Source: a virus
Lineage: Duplodnaviria; Caudoviricetes
Length of the DNA stretch: 64,000 nucleotides
Direction: 5' to 3' (one strand)
IMG/VR virus record: IMGVR_UViG_3300020577_008610
Location: 1-64,000 of that record
Part shown: piece after piece, positions 25,858-35,861 of the stretch
Layout of the letters: every line of letters starts with the position of its first letter
Numbering within the stretch: the stretch's first letter is position 1
Translations under genes and position numbers: made by a program
Notes under the pieces: model-generated
Told to the model about the DNA's origin: nothing
Seen by the model: only the letters and a program-made list of their open reading frames with translations
Databases searched by the model: none

Positions 25858-26763
25858 TCAGCTGATTGAAAAACGTACACCAGGCAAGTCCGAATTATTG
25901 GTTTGCTCTGAAGTTTGAGAGAATCCACAGTAGCGATCCCAGGTGAGATGCTTCATGTTCCGGTAAAGGATGTTTGGGTCATTCTCTGATAGGCCAGACA
26001 TCTGGCCATCATTTAACTCCACCACCAACCAGTCACCCGACTCAGTTTGGGCTACGTCGATGACAAAGAAGGTAACCCGGTCCTTCACTCGGTCAATGGC
26101 TTTTTGTAGAAAAGAGCGTGGGACCATGGAGGTATCCGGCACTTTGTCCAGTTGATCCAGGTTGCTGGACCAGTAGTAGCCACCCGAGACCACCTGACCG
26201 TAGAGCACGAAGAACCGGAACTCCATGGTGATGGGCTGACCACCAATTCCTTCGGCCAGTTTCTTCAGGGGGATGTATTGACGGACGTAGATTTCTTGGG
26301 AAGCAAGCAGGGAATCATCCTGGAGTTTTGTGAACACCTCCACCGCAGCCCTCTTGTCCTTGGCGAACATGTGGGTCAGCCACTTGCCCTTCTTGCTGTT
26401 CGTCTCCCCCTTGAGAACGAAGGACATGCTGTCCGGAAGGGTATGGAGGTCCCGGAAGTTCCAGGTTCGGAAGGTCAGGTCCCCCAGGTCAGCCACGTAG
26501 TTCTGGAGGTCAGCAACGTACCGGTGCTGTCTGTAGGTGTTTACCAGTTTGGCTCCAACAACACCTAGGTCGTTCTCAAGCTCCTGGTAGAATGGCAGAA
26601 CTGAGTATCTGCCAATCACAAGATCTCCACCAAGAGCAGACATCCTGCTCTTGTAGGTTACAAAGTGCTTTTTGGCGGCTGTTAGCTCCGCTTCGTCCAT
26701 GAGGCCGGGGGAGAGACGATAGAGAATAGTGGGAGAGGGGGTTCCAAGAGGTGGGAGCTTCAT
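25858..26763 (-). CDS. ATP-grasp ligase (R2K/DUF4343-like)
   Basis: FVLKGETNSKK, IYVRQYIPL, EFRFFV, FFVIDVA and WLVVELNDGQMSG. Confidence 0.8.
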   Translation of the reverse strand: MKLPPLGTPSPTILYRLSPGLMDEAELTAAKKHFVTYKSRMSALGGDLVIGRYSVLPFYQELENDLGVVGAKLVNTYRQHRYVADLQNYVADLGDLTFRTWNFRDLHTLPDSMSFVLKGETNSKKGKWLTHMFAKDKRAAVEVFTKLQDDSLLASQEIYVRQYIPLKKLAEGIGGQPITMEFRFFVLYGQVVSGGYYWSSNLDQLDKVPDTSMVPRSFLQKAIDRVKDRVTFFVIDVAQTESGDWLVVELNDGQMSGLSENDPNILYRNMKHLTWDRYCGFSQTSEQTNNSDLPGVRFSIS

Positions 26764-26775
26764 GCTCTCAAGGTA

Positions 26776-27024
26776 TCACAGGTTGGCCGGACTGGCAACT
26801 CTCATGGAGTCGATGGAGTGAAATTCTCCTTCACTATTGCCTGCCCTAAGCCGTCCTGCAGCTTTATCACAAAGTGGTCCATCAACAATGCGGGAAGTGA
26901 AAGATCTAGTTTTTCTTCCATTGACATATTCAACCGCAGACCCATCTTCTCGATGCCATCGACCTTTAAGTCTCCACGTTACGGTTCCTGTGTAAAACAC
27001 ACTTTTACCAGTCATACCTTCCAT
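26776..27024 (-). CDS. Short ORF with one HREDG(P)A-type repeat, possibly a fragment
   Basis: WRLKGRWHREDGSAVEYVNGRK. Confidence 0.35.
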   Translation of the reverse strand: MEGMTGKSVFYTGTVTWRLKGRWHREDGSAVEYVNGRKTRSFTSRIVDGPLCDKAAGRLRAGNSEGEFHSIDSMRVASPANL

Positions 27025-27038
27025 TGCACACTCTACTT

Positions 27039-27431
27039 TCAGCGGTTCAATTTTACAACTCCATATTCAACGAATGACAAAGTGTAAACTGCCTTTTTTA
27101 TGCCATAAGCGGTCAAAACGGCTTGGCACATAGGACATGGACGTGCATTCCCTACCGTACCATCCGCTCTTACCCTAACCACGTAGATTTTGGCTCCCTC
27201 AAATCGGATCTTCTTTCTTTTTGAGACGATAGCATCAATCTCGGCATGAATGGTGCAGGCATGATCCTGAGCCTTGTAGGACTCGGAAAGGCCATTCCAA
27301 CCCCGACGGTTGTACCCAATAGAAAGCACTTTCCCTCCCCGTACAATAATGGCACAGAGATTGTACTCCAATGAGAGATCATATGGGTGAGCCTTGGCTT
27401 GCTCGTAGGCAAACTTGAGGAACTTGTGCAT
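27039..27431 (-). CDS. Zn-dependent CMP/dCMP-type deaminase
   Basis: HAEIDA and PCPMC motifs. Confidence 0.85.
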   Translation of the reverse strand: MHKFLKFAYEQAKAHPYDLSLEYNLCAIIVRGGKVLSIGYNRRGWNGLSESYKAQDHACTIHAEIDAIVSKRKKIRFEGAKIYVVRVRADGTVGNARPCPMCQAVLTAYGIKKAVYTLSFVEYGVVKLNR

Positions 27432-27456
27432 GGGTCTTCCCTTTCAGGATCCCAAC

Positions 27457-30400
27457 TTATTTCCTTTTTGGTCGATCGTCATCAGAGAAAAGCCAGGAAT
27501 AGGCATTGTAGGTGCTGATTGTTTTTCTAGCCTGTTCCAGCGAAACACCCGGCTTCATGTTCTGTTGACTTGGGTCTTTGTCAAAGTAGGGCTTCTCTCC
27601 CTGTTGGTAAACATAAGCACTGCCATGGTTCACCCGCTGGAAAGCCATTGGGCCGGCAGACTCGGGCTGAGGAACTGAGTAGGTGTTGTTGGTCAACTTG
27701 GTAACACTTTTGCCCCAAGCAGACAACATGGCCTTGTTCAGTTCATCATTATCAACTTTTTGATCCTCAGCATCGTAAAGGTAGCATCCGATAGCCAGGG
27801 ACATGATGAGATCGTCATTATAACCTTTCATGGCCTGGGCTTTGCCCCCAGAAACATTTGAGTTCCAAATGAAAGTTTTGGCTTCCTCAGCGAACCTGGA
27901 GCTGTAGACCCGGATTTTCTTGTTTCGAATTACCTCTTCCAGCTTGGCAAGGATTTGCTGCCTGTTCTTCACTGTCGTGGAGATGCCGGGCATCAAGTCC
28001 TTCACTTCCTCTGGGGTATAGTGCTGGTAAATCCCGCTCTTGGCAAACTTCTCGTAGTACAAGTTCGGGTACTTCAGGTCCCGAAGTTTGTAAGCTGTGG
28101 CCAGCCCAAAGGTGTTGTTCTCAGGGCAGATGAGAGCTTTGAAGTATCGTTCTCCCAGGTCAGCCAGAAGCTCTGCATACCTGTCAGGAGGTATCTTGCC
28201 TTGGTACTCAGCTACCACCTCATCCGATGTTGTGTCAATCACATGAGCGGTAGAGTAGTCTTCCGAGTCTCCTCGGGCAACGTCAGCAGAGATGATGTAG
28301 TTGTGCCCTGTTTCTGGGTATTTCCAAACCCAGATGCCTCCGTCATCACCGAGCCGTTCAATGGGAGGCTGAACGTTGCTATTGAGGTACTCCAGAGCAC
28401 CTTCGTGCAGATAAGTATGCCCCGATCCGAGGAAGGAGCAAAGAAGTTCCTGCTGAATACCCCTGGGGTCCAGGTTTCTGCACTGCTCCTCAAACCAGTC
28501 CTGTCCGTGCTCCGGGTGAACTGTCCAGGGAAGCTTGATTCCATGGAAATCATTCTCCCCTTTCTCCAGGTCGCATCCCATCCAGGTCTTGTGGAAGACG
28601 TTTCCCACACCCTTTGGGGTTTGATGCCCGAGAATTCCATTGTAAACGATACTGTGGCACCAAGTTGGGTCCTGGGGAACTTCCGGAAGAGAAAAGTCAT
28701 AGACCTCTGCTTCGCTTTCCTGAATTTCCTTGATCTTAGACCAACGAAGATGGCTAGAGACGACTCCTGAAAGTTCTTCCTTGGTAAGTTCTGAGAGACG
28801 AGGCTCTGCGTACTCTAAGAGTCTCATCATTGTTTGCCGCGACAGATGGCTACTTTTGTACTTCCGATGGCCATGAACATTTAAAAGGCCCAGAGAAGCA
28901 ATTTCTTTTTGTGTCAACCCGACTTCCAGGATAATCCGCTTTGCCAACTCAAAGGAGAATGGAACAAGATCATGAGAACTGGCTCGATGTAGATTGGCTT
29001 TCTCAAGTCTCGCAACCCGTTCTTGTTTTCTGCTTAGCCTAAAACCAATCTTCTTGCAAAAAGCAAGGGCATCTTTCCCATTGATGTCCAGCTTGTGATT
29101 ATCGTGGTTGTGCTTGTTCCTAACAGATTTGTAGGAATTGAGCTTGTTTTTTGGAATTTCCTCATAGTTGGACCAGATCCCAAAGTTAGAGAGCAGAACC
29201 CTGACCTGCTCTATCAAACGTAAAGATGTGCTTGTTAGAGAGACAGAACCTGTAGTCTTATGGATTGTACCATTTCCATCAAAGATGCCTTGTAAGAGCG
29301 CGACGATATTGTCCCTACTCATTTCCATAAGACGTGAGGGAATGATCTTGTGGCTAGCTTTCCTGTCCAGCTCAAACCCAAGGGAGCTCATGACTCGAAC
29401 AAGGTGGTCTGAGCCGATATTATAATGAACAGAGTCTGTCTTGCTGAAACTGAGACCGAGGCTAGTAATCACACCGGAAATATCATCTCCGCATGTAATG
29501 GTCACTCCCACCTTTTTCCCATTGCCATCCTTGCGAACATTGCCGAAGGCAATAAAGAGGCCGAGGAAGTAAGCAAGATCGGGAGTAATTTTATCGGTTT
29601 GGGTTAGTTTATTCCTGCACTTAAGGGAGCTGATAGGCTGTTGCTTGAGTGTATCATTACTGCCCCAAAGTTCTTGACCGCCATGGTGCGCAATCCAATC
29701 GCCTGGTTGAAGTTCTCGAAACTCTTTCCACCCCCTACTTCCATCCTGAGTGGTTGCCCAAACCTTGTGAAGATAACTGCCCTGTAACGATCCCAGAGCA
29801 GTTTTAATTTTCTTAGTCTTGACAACTCCCTGATTATGCCATAGATTGCCACTACGAACCTTCTGATTTCCCTGAATGGCATAAGGAGAATCAAGGATGT
29901 AATCTCCCGGTAGATTCCCTGGTGGAATAAATGCAGATACTTCCTTCGGCCCTTTGTCAGTGAACACAAAGGTATCTTTGGTCACGCAGGACAGAAGGAT
30001 GATGTTTCCTCCGGTAGAGACCGTGGAGTAGAGACCCATCCAAAGTTCATCAAATCCCTGGATGTGGGCTGCCTCGTCCACAATCAACAAAGACAGACCT
30101 TCGGAACGACCAGCGTCATCCCCGGTTGGAACGGCTGTGATGCGGGATTCATTGGTGAATTCAATGGACTTCACAGAGCGGCTCTTTTCACGAGGAAGAA
30201 CCAGCCACTCCGGCAGGTTGTCGTACATCACCAGTACTTTACGAAGAAAGTTCTTTGCCACGTCCAAACGGGTAGCAAGAACCATGATGTTCTTACCCTT
30301 TTGGAACAACGCCATCCAGAGGCAGTACCCAGCACACACGGTAGAAAGACCGAGCTGGCGACTCTTCAGGACGATGTTGAACCTGTGGGCCTCAAAGTCC

Positions 30401-30567
30401 TTGACGCAATCATCCTGAAAGGGAAAGGTATCAAACTTGATCAGACCCTTCTTGGGGTGAGAGATGTAGCCGTACCGCTTCAGGAAGTAGAGCGGGTCGG
30501 CTCCACACTTCACAATCTCTTCGTATTTTGCTTTACCCTTTGGGGCTACTATGTCTTTTTTTGGCAC
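27457..30567 (-). CDS. terL: Terminase large subunit (T4 gp17-like) containing an intein (about 580 aa spliced)
   Basis: KSRQLGLST Walker A, LLIVDEAAHI Walker B, S|TP coupling motif, and nuclease ADVARG...DYS...NDDLIMS. Confidence 0.95.
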   Translation of the reverse strand: MPKKDIVAPKGKAKYEEIVKCGADPLYFLKRYGYISHPKKGLIKFDTFPFQDDCVKDFEAHRFNIVLKSRQLGLSTVCAGYCLWMALFQKGKNIMVLATRLDVAKNFLRKVLVMYDNLPEWLVLPREKSRSVKSIEFTNESRITAVPTGDDAGRSEGLSLLIVDEAAHIQGFDELWMGLYSTVSTGGNIILLSCVTKDTFVFTDKGPKEVSAFIPPGNLPGDYILDSPYAIQGNQKVRSGNLWHNQGVVKTKKIKTALGSLQGSYLHKVWATTQDGSRGWKEFRELQPGDWIAHHGGQELWGSNDTLKQQPISSLKCRNKLTQTDKITPDLAYFLGLFIAFGNVRKDGNGKKVGVTITCGDDISGVITSLGLSFSKTDSVHYNIGSDHLVRVMSSLGFELDRKASHKIIPSRLMEMSRDNIVALLQGIFDGNGTIHKTTGSVSLTSTSLRLIEQVRVLLSNFGIWSNYEEIPKNKLNSYKSVRNKHNHDNHKLDINGKDALAFCKKIGFRLSRKQERVARLEKANLHRASSHDLVPFSFELAKRIILEVGLTQKEIASLGLLNVHGHRKYKSSHLSRQTMMRLLEYAEPRLSELTKEELSGVVSSHLRWSKIKEIQESEAEVYDFSLPEVPQDPTWCHSIVYNGILGHQTPKGVGNVFHKTWMGCDLEKGENDFHGIKLPWTVHPEHGQDWFEEQCRNLDPRGIQQELLCSFLGSGHTYLHEGALEYLNSNVQPPIERLGDDGGIWVWKYPETGHNYIISADVARGDSEDYSTAHVIDTTSDEVVAEYQGKIPPDRYAELLADLGERYFKALICPENNTFGLATAYKLRDLKYPNLYYEKFAKSGIYQHYTPEEVKDLMPGISTTVKNRQQILAKLEEVIRNKKIRVYSSRFAEEAKTFIWNSNVSGGKAQAMKGYNDDLIMSLAIGCYLYDAEDQKVDNDELNKAMLSAWGKSVTKLTNNTYSVPQPESAGPMAFQRVNHGSAYVYQQGEKPYFDKDPSQQNMKPGVSLEQARKTISTYNAYSWLFSDDDRPKRK
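28621..29988 (-). mobile_element. Intein (456 aa, Cys start, His-Gln end) in terminase
   Basis: ILLS|CVTKDT...VYDFSL...GILGHQ|TPKG. LAGLIDADG-like motifs LGLFIAFG and IFDGNG look degenerate. Confidence 0.9.
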
Positions 30568-30582
30568 TGGAACCTGCCTGGA

Positions 30583-30984
30583 TTAGAGAACTTCTACTAG
30601 ACAATCCAGACGAAAAAATGCGTGGAGAGTTTCTCGGTACTGGGCGTTGGTTAGGTACTCCACCCCTTCAGTGACGGAATTGTCCAGCATCTTAAGGCGA
30701 ATAGTAGACTTCTCATTCTGCTGTTCGAATCGCTTCTTGAGATCTTCCAGGGCACTCTTGATCTTGCCTAGGGCCTCGTTCTTGTAACGTTGCTTGAACT
30801 CATGAGCCGTCCGAGGGTTGTTCGGCATGTTGACAATCATCACGAGCGATGCTTTCATCAGCCGATCATCCCGAAGGCTGAACTTGATGGACTGGGATGC
30901 TGAACGCAGTTGAGAACCCGTCCCCCAACTGTTGTTGAGAACCTTGGCCAGAGCCATGTATTTGTTGAAGTCTTCTACTGCCAT
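30583..30984 (-). CDS. Hypothetical protein upstream of terminase
   Basis: 133-aa ORF with GGGGA SD and CTAATTA motif. Confidence 0.6.
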   Translation of the reverse strand: MAVEDFNKYMALAKVLNNSWGTGSQLRSASQSIKFSLRDDRLMKASLVMIVNMPNNPRTAHEFKQRYKNEALGKIKSALEDLKKRFEQQNEKSTIRLKMLDNSVTEGVEYLTNAQYRETLHAFFRLDCLVEVL

Positions 30985-30994
30985 AGATCCCCTA

Positions 30995-31291
30995 TTACTT
31001 TAGGATAATTAGCTGCTTGGGGGCATTTCTTCGTTCCTCAAGGTAGGAAGTCCATTGAACCTCGGGCATTTCTGCTGGTTTTCCGCGGGAAAACAACAGG
31101 CACTTGTCACAGCACCCAGCTTTCCTGAAAGCCAGAGAATCATCTGAGGTTCGAAGTGGGAATTTACACCAAGGACAGAAGAGGGGGACGACGGTACCTG
31201 TGTCGGCAGGACGAACTACAAGAACCTTGCCGTTGGCAAGGAGCTTCATCTCACGGTAAGAGTCGAACTTGGACCATGTGGGCGATTGCAT
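30995..31291 (-). CDS. Small Zn-finger protein
   Basis: CPWC...CCDKC. Confidence 0.6.
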   Translation of the reverse strand: MQSPTWSKFDSYREMKLLANGKVLVVRPADTGTVVPLFCPWCKFPLRTSDDSLAFRKAGCCDKCLLFSRGKPAEMPEVQWTSYLEERRNAPKQLIILK

Positions 31292-31300
31292 ACCCCTATT

Positions 31301-31795
31301 CTAAGGGGATGAAACGTGATATGGCCACCAAGAAGGAGCGCCTTTTTTCCAAGTGGCGAAGTAAGCTTTGCTTCCGATGTAATAGTTCCGGTAAGCTTGA
31401 ATGGGATCATCAGGAATTTTGTACTGTTCTGGCATCACCTGGGGGAATGGCTTCAGTTCATGGGAGACGAAATTGATTTCGTCCGCCTTTCTCCAGCATT
31501 CCTGGATGACTGCCTTAGATTTGTGGATTTTTCCGAACCGAAGGCTGTACTCATTCGACAAAGCAATTCCCAACCGATAGAGCCACTCAAAATTGCCACT
31601 GCTATCCTGGACCCACAAAGAAGATGGGTGCTTAAGATGGCTATGCTGATATGTGGTCCTTAATCCGCGCTTTGATTCATTGGGAATGCAGTTGGAGAGG
31701 AGCTGAGCTGTCTCCAGGACCATTTTTACAACGTGCTTGTCGCAATGGTACTGAGCAGCTTTCTGCGGGTCTGCATCCAGGACGAAAATGTTCAC
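31301..31795 (-). CDS. Pyrimidine-dimer DNA glycosylase (DenV/endonuclease V-like)
   Basis: NIFVLD...HCDKHVVKMVLETAQLL, HLKHPSSLW, EY..RFGKIH and AYRNYY. GTG start with GGAG SD. Confidence 0.75.
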   Translation of the reverse strand: MNIFVLDADPQKAAQYHCDKHVVKMVLETAQLLSNCIPNESKRGLRTTYQHSHLKHPSSLWVQDSSGNFEWLYRLGIALSNEYSLRFGKIHKSKAVIQECWRKADEINFVSHELKPFPQVMPEQYKIPDDPIQAYRNYYIGSKAYFATWKKGAPSWWPYHVSSP

Positions 31796-31864
31796 GAAGC
31801 TTTTCTCCAATTAGTGTTCACGAGAATTTGCCTTTCTCAAGGCAGCTCGGCGATTGGCCATCGA

Positions 31865-34800
31865 CTATACCTCAATCCTGGAATCGGAGCCAGCGGAAAC
31901 CACTTCAATGATGGTGTCCGCCGCTTCTTTAACTCGCTGCATGTGGGAGATGACCAGGATAGACTTGAAGTAACCCTTCAAGGTTTGGAGTAGTTCCAGG
32001 CACTTGCCGACGTGTTCCTCATCCAGAGCATTAAAACCCTCGTCGATCACGAAAATATCACTCTTCGGAAGAGATGAAAGGTTGATCATGGCAACGCGGA
32101 TGGCAATTCCGGCCAACATCTTCTCCATCCCAGAACCAAGTTCCAGGATTCTCCTGGAGTGCCCATCCTCGATGAAGATGTCCATTACGTTGGAGCCTGC
32201 TTCGGTCTCGAATGTGAGCTTAAAGTCCACCAATCCTCCAAGAATTTTGGACAATTCAGCATTAATGGCAGGGAGTTGGGTCTTCAAGACAATGGCCGGA
32301 ATACCATTCTTGTGAACGGCAGCCTGGACCGACTCCAAGATACGGAGACGAGCAAGGAGGATGTCGCACTCGGCCTTGTCCTTTTGAATCTGCTCCAAGA
32401 CGGCCTTGGCCTTGCCGATTCTGACAAGTAGTTCACTCCGCTGTCTCTCCAGGAGGTTGGCAGCCATCTGACCCGACTGAAGCTCCTGCTTCTTGATTTT
32501 GAGAGCTTCCACGTCCTGGGTTTCAGCCAACCCGGACAGCTCTTCTTCTCGGGCTTTGGCCTGCTGGAACCGAAGGGCCAAGTCCTTCTTGGTTTTTTCC
32601 AAAAGGGCTTTCCGGGCATTCTTCTCCGTCTGTTCTTTGGTAAGTTCTTTGATGGACTGCTGCACGGCGAAGTGACGCTTTATCTTCTCTTCGTAACGTT
32701 CAGCTTGAATTTCCTTCAATTCCACTGTGATCTTGGCAAGGTCAGCACCAAGGGAAGTCACCTTGGCTTTCTGAGCTTCGATGGTTCGCTTGTCTTCGTG
32801 GGACTCTGCAATGTAGTGGCAGGTTGGGAACTGGTCACCGCAGGGCACCAAGGAGAGCTTCCGGATGCTCTTCTCTTGGACTAACAGAACCCGCTCCTCG
32901 TCCTTGAAGGAGTTGTTGGCCTCCTGGAGAGCAGCTTGGATGGAACGCATCTTATCCAGGTTAGCCTGAAGAAGCAAAAGGTCCGTCTCTGATTCTTCCT
33001 TCTGGAGCTTCTGGATCTCCTCAGTCATCCCGGTCATGGCAGCATTGAGCTGATTCAGGTCCAGGTCGGTTCGATCTTGTTGGCGGTTCAGGGTGAAAAG
33101 CTCCTGCTGCACCTTGAGGAGTTGAACAGTTGCCTGAGCAGCATCCGAGGATTCGTTCTGGGCAATCCACAGGCGAAGCTCATCCAGGCTTGCTCTTGTG
33201 GCAGCAATCTGCTCATCCAGCTCCAGGATTTGCTCTTCTCCATAAGTGATTGCCTTGGCATTGTCCTTGATAGCCTGCTCCCAGCCCATGGTGTAACTGG
33301 AGGTTTTGGCATTCAGAGCCGCCACATCCTCCTTCGCCAAACCATAGAGCTTCTCGAAGATGTCGAGGTCCAGGAACCGATTGAGGATCGCCTTGCGAGC
33401 CGTTGCTCCTTCGTCAATGAAGGACTCCATCCTCCTTTGGGTGGCCACAGAGGTCATCAGGAAGTCCTGGGAGTTTCCCAAGAGCTTCCGAATGATCTTG
33501 TCGGTCTCATCCCGAGAAGTCCCATTCAGCTCTTCCTTTGTCCCGTCCGGGTTCACACGGGTGAAGGTGAGCTTGGTCTCCGTCTTCTCTGGGTCAAACT
33601 CCTCCTGGGCCCTCTTACCTCTCTTTGGAGCTTCGGCTCGGGCGGAAGATCTCTCGATGATGTAGTCCACTCCATTCACAGCCACCACAGCCTTGGCAGA
33701 ACAGTTGCTCTTGGTCAGGTTCATCACCTGACCATTCTTGGCAACACCGTCCCTGTCCGAACTGTTAAACAGAGCATACATCAAAGCACCAACAAGCGAA
33801 CTCTTGCCCGTTTTGTTTTTGCCAAATACTCCAACAACACCATTCATGGCGTCGAAGTCAATTTTGTTCCCTGGCCCATAACGGTACAGGTTGTCAAACT
33901 CAAGGCTCCTCAGACTCCAGTTGACATCACGGACCGACTCCGGCTCTACCAAAGCTAACTTATCCATGTAGGCATCAATCAGTTGAAGCCCCTCTGTCCA
34001 CTGCTCCTCGGTAAACCCGTACTTCTTTGAATTTAGGTCCAGGAATTGTTTGTAGAAGCCATGAATGACATTCCGGTCATTCCGGAGATTAGCCTTTTTG
34101 ACATGAACTCCATTGGATAGAATCGTATCAAAGTTCAGAGTTCCCTGAGCCTTGAAGATCACGTCCTCACCCTTCAGAGCAGTCTTGAGCTCGTGCTCAA
34201 TCTGTCGAGTCAGGAGGGGGTTTAGAGGCGTTTGAGAAGTCACCCGATACCTTGACCCCGGCAGGACAGTTCGAGAGCCCTGGAGAGCTTTTACGGTGTC
34301 CTCAACGGCACCCTCCCAGGGAATGGTTATGAAAGGCTGGAAGTTGGGGATCTCAACGAACTCCACGTCCCAATCATCCTTCTCTCGGATGTTCCACACC
34401 AGGAAGCCCTTGCTCTCGTCCTCTCCGTGGTGTTGTTGAATGGTAGAACCTGGATAGGCCACATAGGGCTTCATGATCCCGTTCTTGTCCGGTCTCTCAG
34501 CGAGGAACTGGCGTTTATGAATATCTCCAAGGAGCACAAAGTCATAACCCTGGAACATTGAAAGCTGAACTTCGGCCTTGCTGTCAGGCATGACCCAACC
34601 ATTGTCCATCGTTGTTCCACCCACGGAACCGTGGAATGCAGCAATCGAGATTGGTCCGCTCGGCTCTCCGAAAGCAACATCAACCCAACCGGCTTTGTCA
34701 AAACAGGAGAAAATATGAAGCACTACAGGCTTCATGTTGGCGGAAATTGCATAATTTCCGCTTTCTTTGTACAGCTGAACCTGTGGATGGTTCATTGCCT

Positions 34801-35095
34801 TGATTATTGGCGAGATAGCATCTTCCCGACTTTCGTTGGCTAGGCTTCCGTCGTGATTACCAAGAATGGCATGGGTTGGGGCAATATCCCCAAAAGACTT
34901 GAACATCCAGGCAAGACGATCGATTACCTCCGGGGAGATACCGGAGGTCTTGGTGTGGAAGTAGTCACCACCTAAGAAGATCAGGTCGGGACGAATCTCG
35001 CGGAGCTTGGCAAACACAACCTCAAAAGCTCGGGTGTACTCAGAGTGGCGAGAGAGACCACGCCAGTGAATGTCGGAAATGTGAGCAATTTTCAT
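31865..35095 (-). CDS. Fused Mre11/SbcD nuclease and Rad50/SbcC ATPase (gp47-gp46 fusion)
   Basis: SDIH, GGD, GNHD, GDIH and YPGS phosphoesterase motifs, then GKNKTGKSS, coiled coil, GSGMEK signature, VIDEGF..LD and ISH. Confidence 0.92.
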   Translation of the reverse strand: MKIAHISDIHWRGLSRHSEYTRAFEVVFAKLREIRPDLIFLGGDYFHTKTSGISPEVIDRLAWMFKSFGDIAPTHAILGNHDGSLANESREDAISPIIKAMNHPQVQLYKESGNYAISANMKPVVLHIFSCFDKAGWVDVAFGEPSGPISIAAFHGSVGGTTMDNGWVMPDSKAEVQLSMFQGYDFVLLGDIHKRQFLAERPDKNGIMKPYVAYPGSTIQQHHGEDESKGFLVWNIREKDDWDVEFVEIPNFQPFITIPWEGAVEDTVKALQGSRTVLPGSRYRVTSQTPLNPLLTRQIEHELKTALKGEDVIFKAQGTLNFDTILSNGVHVKKANLRNDRNVIHGFYKQFLDLNSKKYGFTEEQWTEGLQLIDAYMDKLALVEPESVRDVNWSLRSLEFDNLYRYGPGNKIDFDAMNGVVGVFGKNKTGKSSLVGALMYALFNSSDRDGVAKNGQVMNLTKSNCSAKAVVAVNGVDYIIERSSARAEAPKRGKRAQEEFDPEKTETKLTFTRVNPDGTKEELNGTSRDETDKIIRKLLGNSQDFLMTSVATQRRMESFIDEGATARKAILNRFLDLDIFEKLYGLAKEDVAALNAKTSSYTMGWEQAIKDNAKAITYGEEQILELDEQIAATRASLDELRLWIAQNESSDAAQATVQLLKVQQELFTLNRQQDRTDLDLNQLNAAMTGMTEEIQKLQKEESETDLLLLQANLDKMRSIQAALQEANNSFKDEERVLLVQEKSIRKLSLVPCGDQFPTCHYIAESHEDKRTIEAQKAKVTSLGADLAKITVELKEIQAERYEEKIKRHFAVQQSIKELTKEQTEKNARKALLEKTKKDLALRFQQAKAREEELSGLAETQDVEALKIKKQELQSGQMAANLLERQRSELLVRIGKAKAVLEQIQKDKAECDILLARLRILESVQAAVHKNGIPAIVLKTQLPAINAELSKILGGLVDFKLTFETEAGSNVMDIFIEDGHSRRILELGSGMEKMLAGIAIRVAMINLSSLPKSDIFVIDEGFNALDEEHVGKCLELLQTLKGYFKSILVISHMQRVKEAADTIIEVVSAGSDSRIEV

Positions 35096-35703
35096 TACAA
35101 TTCAGCCTTGTCTTTTCCAGGAACAATAATCAGCTTGCCGGGCGCGTGAAGTGGGAGCCGGGAAGGGCTCCAGACAAACCAAGCGTAATCGATACTATCA
35201 CACCCTCCATTTGAAGTAAACCTAGGTCGCTGAGACAGAACGTACACATCAGGGGTATTCTCGTGCATGAACTTGGCACGACTCTTGGATGCCAAAAAAT
35301 TCAGGCGAAGCAGGAAGACCACGTAGTCGGCATGCAGCCCAAAGCTTTGCTGTATGCACTCCATGGCAAGATTGAATGGAGGATTGGTAATGATAACCTT
35401 GTGTTCAGGTAGATCGTCCATGGACATTTTCAGGAAGTCGGCAGAAGTCACCGAGGTGACGCCTTGTATTTTCTCCAGCTTTTCCTTCATTTCAGGTTGA
35501 ATCTCATTGGCCACCCAAGTCACGTCTTTTCGGACCTCTTGAACAGCTTTCATAATGGCTCCATCCCCGGCACAGGGTTCAAACCATTTACCTCCTGGCA
35601 GTTGAAGGACTTCGAGGAGTCGATGAACAGCCCAGGCAGGCGTCGGGTAGTAGTCCAGGGTTGCTCGGCGTGGGTTGTTTCCCTTGCGATTTGTGGATGA
35701 CAT
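35095..35703 (-). CDS. DNA N6-adenine methyltransferase
   Basis: DYYPTP, EPCAGDG and IITNPPF. Confidence 0.85.
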   Translation of the reverse strand: MSSTNRKGNNPRRATLDYYPTPAWAVHRLLEVLQLPGGKWFEPCAGDGAIMKAVQEVRKDVTWVANEIQPEMKEKLEKIQGVTSVTSADFLKMSMDDLPEHKVIITNPPFNLAMECIQQSFGLHADYVVFLLRLNFLASKSRAKFMHENTPDVYVLSQRPRFTSNGGCDSIDYAWFVWSPSRLPLHAPGKLIIVPGKDKAEL

Positions 35704-35861
35704 CCATCCAGTATCGCTCAATAAATGGCACAAGGATACGAAGAGAAGTGATACCGGCGTTGTTCAAAGCCTTGACATTTCCTTTGATGTCGAACCTTTT
35801 CACTTGCTCCCGACCGAAGCAGGAGTGGGTCCCCATCCACCCCTTTTCTTGTGCCATCTGC

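Noticed and set aside
35588-35857. 89-aa ORF between primase and methyltransferase
   Set aside because: It overlaps the methyltransferase out of frame and has only a faint NUMOD1-like resemblance, too weak to call.
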